A stretch of DNA of 64,000 nucleotides from Camelus dromedarius (taxonomy: Eukaryota), in assembly GCF_036321535.1 (NCBI RefSeq), contig NC_087436.1, positions 118,732,001-118,796,000 of the forward strand, written 5' to 3'. The notes below the pieces were generated by a model. That model made no database searches and was not told the DNA's origin. It saw nothing but the letters and a program-made list of their open reading frames with translations. This document shows, in pieces, positions 54,603 to 64,000 of this stretch. Position numbers and translations under genes: made by a program. The first letter of the stretch is position 1. Every line of letters starts with the position of its first letter.

Positions 54603-55754
54603 CGCATTTAAAGTGGAGCTGCACCTTTGTAAACAGCCAATCCCCAGACCCAAGTGGAGCCCCCTGAAGTATGATGCGGTCTCAGAGCCCAAGAGCCCAA
54701 GGAAGCAGCTGCAGTGAGGGAGGAGCAAGCAGCTCTGGGCGGGAGCAGACACCAAAGGGCATTCAAGTTGTAGCCCTACAGCCACAAAGGAGATGAATCC
54801 ACAGATACCCATACAGCACGCCCCGTTTCCAGGGCAGCAGTGAGTGGACGGCGACCCTGCCTGCCCCTTGCACAGCATGTGGGCTGGATGAGTTTTTTGT
54901 TTGCCTGTTTGCTTGTCTGCTTTTAGAGGGGGTTTTATCGTGTAAAGAGGCTGGCAGTACAGAGCAAAGCCTGTGCCGCATTGTAAGACACACGGGTTGG
55001 GTGGGTCCTCGAGGGTTGCTGTCTTTAAGTGTTCTGCGCCGGAAGCCAAAATGTACCATATCTATTTATGACCTTACTCATAAAAAACAAGATAAAAAAG
55101 ACATTTCAAGGTTGCAAATGAAAACCTGGTGGCTGTCTTCTTTGGAGACAAAGCAATACTGCCTTATACTGTATTTTCATAGACATGAAATAACACACTG
55201 GTCTCCACGGAATGAGAGGATCCCCTGGAAATACTGGTTCTCAAATGCTTGGCTCCTAATGGGCTTTTAAAAATGCCAAGCATGAAAGAAGCTGTCGCGT
55301 TTTCAGAGCCTCCACCATTCAAAACCTCCTGGGGAATTTCCTAAGGAGAGGAAATTCACGAGCACAAACGTCCATCTTTGCTCATTCCAGGAGTGTCTTC
55401 TACACATGGGCGCACCCCTCCAGGCTTCCATTTTCCTTACCACTGAAGTCTTGCCTTGCTGACACCTTTTTACAAACGCATCCAAATACTTAAAGTGCGA
55501 TTTCAGCAAAAATGTCTGAAAAGTAAACATTTCTTTGCCATTAACATGTTGGGTAGATAGAGGTGTTCGTTCTTAGCAGATCACATGGGATGGAGAGGAA
55601 ACGGGGCGGGGGAAGCATCCCACAGAAACCCTCAGCTGACTCCAGGCTCTCTCAGCCGCCCCTTTCTTCACCCGGGTCCTTCCCAACAATCGCTGTCACA
55701 GGAAGGGGCATCCAAGTCACGTAACCACGACCGTCCCCACAGCCGGCCGCTTAC

Positions 55755-55860
55755 CTTCATGCTTATAGGTCATCTCTTGGCAGCCGGAAAAGTACAGGCA
55801 CACCAGGGTGCAGAGACAGAGGAAAAAGGAGAAGTACAGCACGAAGAGGATGTACTCCAT
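55755..55860 (-). CDS. Candidate first coding exon of a nested 45-aa membrane microprotein (MEYILFVLYFSFFLCLCTLVCLYFSGCQEMTYKHE + G|)
   Basis: Kozak ccgccATGG, in-frame upstream TAG at 55887-55885, GC3-rich codons, 22-residue hydrophobic run, donor AAG|gtaagc. Confidence 0.7.
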
Positions 55861-56749
55861 GGCGGGGAGGGCTCTCGGTGCCCGCTAGCCCGTGCGTGTC
55901 CAGGGAGCCAAAAGCCACATCCTCGGCATCAATCCCCAAGCCCCCCTGGAGTTCCAGGGGCAAGCACCAAGCCCCTCCCAGGGGTTTTCCTCTCCCTCGT
56001 GCAGCCCGCTCTCTTCCTGCCGATTCTCTGCCGCCGAGTTCTGAGAACGGGGACACTCCAGAAGGTGTGCCCGTATTAAAAGGCAAGCCAGCTCTGGGGC
56101 AGATCCGTGGGTTGAGAGGAGCCGGTTTCCAGGGGCCGGGCCTGGGCTCATCAGTCACAGAGGACAGCCTCTGCACTGGCGTATTCTCTGGGGGCCTTCC
56201 TCCCAGAACGCAGGCTCCCCGAGCCGCCCCGTTGTCAGGGCCATTCCACGGGCCTGGTCCCTGGACGGTCGCAAGACCCCCTGGGAGCAGCACTAGCAAC
56301 CGCGAGGTGATGGAAGCTTTCTTCAGGACCAGAGCCCAAAGCAGGGAGGCACCTCCCGCTTCGTGTGCTTAGGAAATTTCTCTGGTGATCCCTGCCCACC
56401 TGTGTGCATGCCGGGCCAGCTAGCCTCACTGGTTCTCAGCAATCCTTCCATAAGCATTTGTTTTACCCTTACACATTCTGAAACAAACCATTATTCAACA
56501 GGAAAACGGCAGCTGGAATGGTATCCAGTCCCCCAACCATCTGGCACCTACGAGGGCACTGAGAAGCTTTTCTAGGCATGAAATCAAAAGTAAAACCCCT
56601 CATAGTGGAGAGAAAAAAAGGGTAAGTTTTACCATAAAAAAGTAAAACTGTATTTTTAAAGGTAGTAAAGCAACACTAAAAGGCAAAGAAGAATTCACAA
56701 AAGAATAAACATATACAGCCAAGTACATACGTATTTCAACTCAATACTT

Positions 56750-57232
56750 GAGACTCCGCTCCTTCCAAAGTAGCCATGATACATAACTGTGTCCCACTAT
56801 GCAAGTTAGTGCTAAGCCTTTAAGTCATGTTTCCCAATGAGGTGTCGCCCAGGCAGAGTTGGGACTGGTTCAGGGATGGGCCTGTGACCAGGGTGAGCCA
56901 AGAAGCACCAGCCCTGGGACTTTTGCTGGAACCACTGAGAAAGAGAGATGCTCTCCAGCCGCAGAGGTTGCTAGGCAGGTGTAATGCCAGTCGGAAGCTG
57001 CTAAGGCTGTTAGGGCCACTGCAGTAGGAGAGCCTGCTTGAGAAAGAGGCCAGCCCAGAGGAAAGCACAGTTGAAAGATGAAGACAGACCGGTTCCTGGC
57101 AATACTGTGTGAGCATCTAGATCCCGCCATGCCTGAAACCTGCCCCCCTAGACATCTCAGTTGCATAAATTCTTTTCTTCGCTTAAATGACTTCGAGTTT
57201 TCAACATTAGCAAGAGAAGAAATCTTGGCTAA
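56750..57232 (+). mobile_element. Old MaLR LTR (MLT1H/I/J-like)
   Basis: gagcatctagatcccgccatgcctgaa, ataaattcttttcttcgcttaa. Confidence 0.6.
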
Positions 57233-60200
57233 TGGGGGAGAGAAAGAGATAATCCTAGAAATCAAGCCATAAAGCCATCAAGCCATCAAACTATTGAGTT
57301 CTGGGACGAGACTAAAGGCTGATTTCTCTGTGAGCTGCTCTGTACCTGGACCCTCAAGAAAAACCAAAGGCAGCCTTTGCCTGGCATGTGCAAACCACAA
57401 GACACGTCCAGCAGGGTTGCTTCCTGGACGTACTTAGACCCACTGTTGCCTGAAGTTCCTTAGAAACGGAGGCACCCCTCTCACCTGTCATTTGACACTC
57501 GGCTGTGCCCATTAGAAGCCCCACAGATGATGGTGAGAAGGATCCTGGCCTTCACCACCCAGCCCACTGTGGACACCAGCTGCTGCAGGCCCCAGGCAGG
57601 AGGTGAGCAGGGCTGGATCCCCTTGAGGGCCTGGCCAGGGAGCCCCAAAATCATCCCCCAAGAAATAGGGAGCCACTGGAAGATTCCTAGGAAGAAGGTG
57701 GCACGGTCTGACTTGTGCCTTAAAAAGATCATTCTCACAGCTCTGGAGGGGAAGGAAGATGCTGGCAGCAGGGGAGCAGCCAGGGAGCTGCGGCAATGAT
57801 CCCTGGACAGCAGATGGGGGCTCAGAGGAAGGTGGTGGAGACAGATGAGGAAGCAGAGGCCTAGCAGGGTGCGCCTGGAATCAGGGAGCCTGTGCCTTAA
57901 TCCCCTCACCCCTGGGTCCGGGGTCCCCTCCTAACACCAGGCAGGAGGCCAGGAGCTACAGGCCTGCCTTCCAGCCAGCCCCCCACCCCAAGACTGAGGC
58001 TCCCCCCAATGCTCACTCTGGGTGTTGGGGTTTCCTGTCTCACTTAAACACAGTGCCTAGAACCACCATCACTTTCTGTCTATTTCTAAGTCTTTGGGTG
58101 CGGCCTGGATGTCCCCGTGGTCCTTGCTATGCCAAATGAGATGCCCTGGGCAGGCTCTGTAGCCAGGTCACGCCCCAGCTCTGCTCTCTCTCCTGCCCCC
58201 AGGGCCCAGCAACGCATCACTGCCCCAGGTTGGGACAGTGTAGACTGTGTGCTACTCAGCTGCCCGAGTGTGGCCCTGCATCTTTGAAATTGGCCCCATA
58301 TTCTATCTCCAGAACCCAAATCTCTCGAGTCCTTTACCAGAGGGTCCCACAAACCCAGCAGGCGGCACTCAGAGCAGCGACTGGGGCCTCATGAGCTTCT
58401 GATGCGGAGCTCAGCTGCCCACCTGGCCAGGTTGTGGAGGAAGGAACAGGTGACAGGTGACTGCCCAGCCTGAAAGGAACAAGCTCATGACACTTCCAAG
58501 AAATGAACAGACGCAGCCGAAGTCCTCCACTGCACGCGGCCACGCAGAGCCCCGCAGACCGGCAGGGCTGAGATGATGAACAGCTCACCTCACCAGTGTG
58601 ACTGAGCCCCACCGTGTGGGGTGAGCGCTGTGCTAGGAGCTGCAGGTACCCGAACAAATGAGGCAGGATCTGGCCCTTCCCATGCTTGAAGGCTGACAAT
58701 AGAGCCCTGGGGAGGGGCTGTCTAAGAACAAAGTCAAGTGGAAACAATCAGAAAGAAAAAACGAATCCTTTGGCTACTGAAATACGGGAAAGGTGTGCAC
58801 ATGATGAAAACCCCTCGGCACCCCGCCAGGCCCAGGCACGGCAGCCGGCTTGTTCCAGGGCTGCTGTGGCGCCCCGTCCTCCCCTCCATTAGGCTACAGG
58901 CTTGGCCTCGGGGGCACAGGGTCAAGTTTGGTTAGGCCTCAGGTGTCCTATCAGAATGGATGCCAGAGCCACTGACCAGGAGGGGCCGGCCAGAAGCTCC
59001 TCAGGAGTCACCTGCTTCCTGGTGACAGCAGAGCCAAGGTCCATGGTCCACTTGGGAGAGGGGACCACAGAACAGATGCTTGAGCCTAAGGAAGGGTCTA
59101 TTCTCCGGTAGCGCTTGGATGTTTCCCAGCCCCCCCTCGAAGGATGGCTGCCACCTAAAGGGCATTGAGATGTCACCTCACTGCTACTAGATATTGTCTC
59201 TAAGACCAGGGTACATGAATTAGAGTAGGGGAGGGGGAAGGGAGGGGCAAGGCCTGTGAATCTGCATTTAACAGGAACTCCAAAGGAAAGCTGCTGATTT
59301 AAGATGAAGGGAGAAAGACAAACTATAACTGATTGATCCTTGACTACACGGCAGGCGTGGAGCCAGAAGCTTCATTTCATCTCACGGATGTGATGTTCAT
59401 TCTAAGAACCAGGAAACAGACGTTCCCAGAGTTCAAGGACACACATCTAGGAGCCGAGTCCGACTGCCACACTGCTCCAGGCTACAGCTTCCCAGCCTCA
59501 CTCAAGAAACCAGCCCCACCCTCAAGGCGCGTGAACCAACTGTATTAGGTTCAGCCGTTGTTCGTGTGCTCAGGGTCTCCTAGGACACAACTCTGTGCTG
59601 CCAGGCCGCACGCTCCAATGGCTGACCCGACACCTTCTGCCATGTGTCCAGTTAGGTCCTGATCAGACCTTCCACAGGGCAAGCCCCTCTCCCCGGACAG
59701 GGCCTGAGGAACGACTCAGGGTCCTTCTCCTGCAACCCCCACTGGGGCTGAACTAGCAGTGTCTCCCAGCAGGGACAGTCAACACCAGTCTTGTCCCCAG
59801 AAGCCCCCTGAAACAGGTCAGCAGCCCTTGGGGCTGTGGTGGCCCCCCTGGAAGATGAGGGCTGACATCCCTGCTCTGCCCTCGGCACATCTGCAGCAGC
59901 TGGGCTGTGGGTGTGGAATTGCAGGATCCCCTCTGGGGGAGCCGCCGAGTCCAGGGAGGCTTGTCATAGCCAGACAGCAGGGACGGCTGTCAGACTTCCG
60001 GAAGTGCTGGATCCTTCAGTGCATTCACCATGACATTCTGTCAAGCAAAGACTCTGGCAAAGTGGCAAAGTGGCAAAGTGCACAGATGCATAAGAGACAG
60101 TGAGATAGAGGCATTTAAGGGGAGAAAGAAAGTAGTGAATCCTTGTGGTCAGTGGGAGACAGGGAAGGGAAGATGCCCAGGCCTGAGAGGCAGCCCTGGG

Positions 60201-60246
60201 GGACGAAAACCCTGCCCCACGGATGACAGATGATAAAGTAGATGCG

Positions 60247-60304
60247 GTGTGTGTATATACACACACAAACACACACACACATATATACACACGTATATAT
60301 ACAC
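60247..60304 (+). repeat. (CA)n/(TA)n microsatellite
   Basis: gtgtgtgtatatacacacacaaacacacacacacatatatacac. Confidence 0.8.
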
Positions 60305-60793
60305 AATGGAATATTACTCAGTCATAAAGAAGAACAAGATACTGCCATTTGCAGCAACATGGATGGACCTAGGGATGATCATACTAAGTGAAGTTAAGCC
60401 AGACAGAGAAAGACAAATACCATATGATGTCACTTATATGTGGAATCTAAAACGAAAAGATACAAATTTTATTGACAAACCAGAAATAGACTCATGGACG
60501 TGGAAAACAAACTATGGTTACCAAAAGGGAAGGAGAGGAGAGGGATAAATTAGGAGTTTGGGATTAACAGATACACATTACTATATATAAAACAGATAAA
60601 CAACAAGGACCTACTGTGTAGCACAGGGAACTATGTTCAATTTCTTATAATGAGCCGTAATGAAAAAGAAACTGAAAAAATATATATGTATGTATATATG
60701 TGTGTGTGTGTGTGTATAACTGAATTGTTTTGCTATACACCTGAAACTAACATTGTAAAGAGACTACACTTCAATTAAAAAATAAGAATTAAA
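60305..60793 (+). mobile_element. L1 3' end (ORF2 C-terminus plus 3'UTR), cetartiodactyl type
   Basis: Encodes TMEYYSVIKKNKILPFAATWMDL..IILSEV; 3'UTR gggataaattaggagtttgggattaacagatac. Confidence 0.92.
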
Positions 60794-62544
60794 AGGAACA
60801 CCTGCCCGATGAACCCAGCCACCCCACCCAGCCCCAGGCAAGCCAGGATTAAGTAGAAACACAGGGGAGCAGTTGTACACTGAATCTTGAGAAACAGAAA
60901 GACGCTGAAGGGTCACAGTAAGTAGGAAAGACCCTGAGCCAGGCCAGGAAATTTCCCACAGCGGTTCCCAGGATCCACCCTCTAGTGGCGTCAAACTATT
61001 ATAATTACAGTGACTGAGCATCGTCAGCCTTCTGGGCTGACCCAGGATCAGGCAAATGCATGTTCCCAGTTGCTTATTCAGTCAACGACCATTTAAGGCC
61101 ACCTAGTCTGTGCCAGGCAGTGACCAGGACACAGGAGTAGGACACAGCCCCTTCCCTCCCTGCCCGCTGTACACTCAAGCCTAGGAGCTCCTAAGTCCAT
61201 TCCAGGCCTTTGTAAAGTCCTCTTCCCATAAACACATTCAGAAATCAGGAAGAGGGGAAACAATTTTTCTTATTCCAGGCGTTCTGGTAAAGGTTTGAAA
61301 AATACAGTCACAGCTCAAAAGTGGGTTTCCCCAAAACCCCACTTAGACGCTTTATGAGGTATGTGACACCACAGCACGTCCAGCTCATGCCACAGACCAA
61401 ACACTTTTGGATGCTGCTTTTTAAATCTATGTCCTGTGATGAAAAATGGCATCACGTACGTTCCTGGCAACTCTGTGAAATGACGTAACTCTTCTACAAA
61501 GTGAAGGGGCGGGGGGAGCGAATGTTCTTGATCAAAGCCTCCACACCCTCTAACCCACATTTTGACCTCTGGGAATCCACCCATGGGAGTGATCCAGACT
61601 ACGGACACAGCTTTCTGGCCAAAAGGAGTTCACTGGGGTGACACTTACAGAAGCAGGAAGTCCAACAACAGGGGATGAGTGGTCACTGAATGAAATGTCC
61701 GGCGCCCAGGGACTCCAGCAGGACCGGCCCATGGAGAGCTGTGCGTGGCGGCAGAGAGGTGTTTACTGCACCATTATGCACAGCTGTGTGGAGCTGGGGC
61801 CAAACACACCCAGCAGACACAGGATGGTGCACAAATTTATGGCCCATCCACTCGATGGATTATGTAGCCACAGAAATTTATATTTATGGTGACAGCATCA
61901 TAACATAGATAAATGCTGTATAGTATAATGTTAAGTGAAAAAAACCAGGGTGCAAAAGTGCAGTCCATAATTACAGTTACATTATTAAAAACAAATGGAA
62001 GCAGAGCAAGGACTCGGGGCGGAGGAGGGGGAAGGAGTCCATTAAAATGCCAACAGTGATTGACTGATTGCCCTGGAAGGTACTGCTGCCATGGACCACT
62101 TATTTCCCAGATAGTCTTACAATGTGGTTATCTTACTTCCTAATAGAAAAATGCATTTAAAAATAACCAAGTTCCGCCAAACCACTTCCCATTTCTGAGT
62201 CTCTAATGTCAGCGTGTAGAGACCTGTGCCTCGTTCAACTTGACTCCGTACAAGTTTGGACCCTGGAGCCCCAGACTTGAGTTAGGATGTCAGCCTTGTC
62301 AATTTACTTTATCTCTTTGACTCATTTCCGTATTTTATATCTATATGCTTCCTGTAACTGCAAAATGGAAAAAGCAACGCTGACCTCAACAGGGTTGCTA
62401 CGAGGATTAAATGAGATGGTATAAAACAGCTATTTAACCGAGTGTCCAAATTTGGTCCACAGATCGATTTTATTTGGCTCACTCATTTAGAGTGTACTAT
62501 AAACATTTTCACCAACATTGAAAATCCTTGGATTTTACATAAAG

Positions 62545-62995
62545 GTGTTACGGGTTAAACCGAGTCTCCCCCAAAAAGATCTGTTGGAGTCCTAGCCCCC
62601 CAATGCTTTAGAATGTGGCATCATTTGCAAATATGGTCACTGTGACAGTTGTTAATAGGAGGGCATACTGGAGTATGTTGGACCCCTAATCCAACGTGAC
62701 CGGTGAAGAAGATGGCCGTGTAGTGACAGAGACACATAGGGAAAATGGCATGTGACAAGGAAAGCAGAGACTGTAGTTACACAGCTTAAAGACAAGGCCA
62801 AAGATTGCCAGTAAGTCACCAGAAGCTAAGATGAGGTAGGAAAGGATTCTTCTACAGGTTTCAGACGGAGCATGATGCTGCCAACACCTTAATTTTAGAC
62901 TTCTAGACTCCAAAACCGTGAGATGACACATTTCAGCTGTTCCAGGCCACCCATTCTGTGGTGCTTGGTTTCAGAAGCCGCAGGAAACTAACACG
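62545..62995 (+). mobile_element. MaLR LTR (MLT1C-like) nested in a hAT-like relic (about 62440-63150)
   Basis: gttggagtcctagccccc, caccagaagctaag, ctgccaacaccttaattttagacttctagactcc. Confidence 0.8.
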
Positions 62996-63854
62996 TGGGG
63001 CTCTCCACTTCTCTCGAAGGACTGGAATATCCGACAGCACCCAGCTCACTTTCTAGTCGCAACTGATATTCTGGGCTCAGTTTTCCACAGTCCCCACCTC
63101 TCCCTACTGTGACCCTAACACCAAAGCTGTATGTCTGTGATCATTTGGTATCACATCTGCATTGCTGTTTTCTTTACAGAAGAAAAATATTTCTCTACAA
63201 CCATCTCTCTATAGTTATAGGGCCGTCTGATTCACTAAAAAGGAGAACAGGCCCACATCTTCGTGGAAGTGAAAAATGTTTATGGGTTTAAATGCACACC
63301 AAGTCCTTTTTTCTACCTGCCCCAATTCGCTCTTTTACATCCCAGCTTGGGCCCTGTGGGCATCTGAGTTTTCCAAGCCCAGCTCTGCTCTCCTCACTGG
63401 ACATTTGGAAATTATCTCTAAAAAAATGGGCAAACCCCCATTTTCCAAAAAGAATGCACTCTGCATCATTCCAAAAGAACCAAAGGCTCCTGATTTTTCA
63501 AAACAGGATAAAAGATGTTATAAACCAAGACCAAGTGTCCTTTAAATCCTTCTAAAGGTCTAAGTATTTATGGTTTTAATTTTGGGCAAGCAGCGCCTGT
63601 GTCCTAAAAACAGAAATCATCTGTAAGTTTTCCATGAATAAATTACAAGAACCAAGTCCACGGCCTGGTTATTTATGTTGCTTTGAGAGACGGCAATAAC
63701 AGATTTTTCACCATCAAACACGCGGAGATGCAAGTATCTCTGCCTTCAGGGCCCCTCCACGGTGGGGGTGTCCCCTCCCCCTCCCCCTGGACCACTGGCC
63801 CTGCAGACCCTGGCACGGAGACAGAGCAGCGCAGCCGCAGCACCGCAGGCTCAC

Positions 63855-63914
63855 CTTGGGTGGCTTCAGGCCCTTCCCACGTTGTCGTTTGGAGCGCAAG
63901 AGCCGTTCTCTCTC
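63855..63914 (-). CDS. JAKMIP1: JAKMIP1 coding exon ERERLLRSKRQRGKGLKPPK; upstream exons lie beyond the window
   Basis: ttctag| acceptor, |gtgagc donor, 60 nt, phase 0; matches the JAKMIP1/Marlin-1 sequence as recalled. Confidence 0.95.
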
Positions 63915-64000
63915 CTAGAAGGAAACACAACTGTTCGCTTTTCCAGCTCGCCTCCCATCACACCCACCAACCCAGTGCGCTCTCAGAGGGTGTGACTTAT

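Noticed and set aside
55755..55775. 21-nt poison microexon (ccaag|AGATGA...AAG|gtaagc) behind a long AG-free pyrimidine tract
   Set aside because: The tract is better explained as Phe/Leu/Cys codons of a Kozak-initiated ORF with coding-like codon bias; kept only as the alternative hypothesis.
60249..60548. 99-aa ORF as a gene
   Set aside because: Microsatellite plus the C-terminus of a truncated L1 ORF2.

Overview
Mammalian genomic DNA, probably camelid (three tRNA-derived vic-1-type SINEs and cetartiodactyl-type L1 3' ends). The minus strand carries the last 14 coding exons of JAKMIP1 (63914 to 22758; all introns GT-AG and phase 0). These include the short intron-read-through isoform ending [24 protein letters not shown] and the long tail-anchored isoform ending FLFLFLFFSLAFILWP*. 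Downstream on the same strand are the first three coding exons of the C4orf50 orthologue (15962 to 6531). Introns contain MaLR/ERV LTRs, L1, L2, hAT relics, SINEs and tandem repeats. The top candidate, absent from the ORF track, is a nested spliced microprotein gene inside JAKMIP1. Its first coding exon (55860-55755) has a strong Kozak start and a strong donor, and splices in a shifted frame into the exon at 51747. The product is a 45-aa, Cys-rich, single-pass membrane peptide, MEYILFVLYFSFFLCLCTLVCLYFSGCQEMTYKHEEACCGDIFWI. A second candidate is a cluster of frame-complementary microexons plus a terminal exon near 42.8-43.2 kb, next to an intronic polyA site and RBFOX motifs. Gene and repeat names are from recall; no database search was run.
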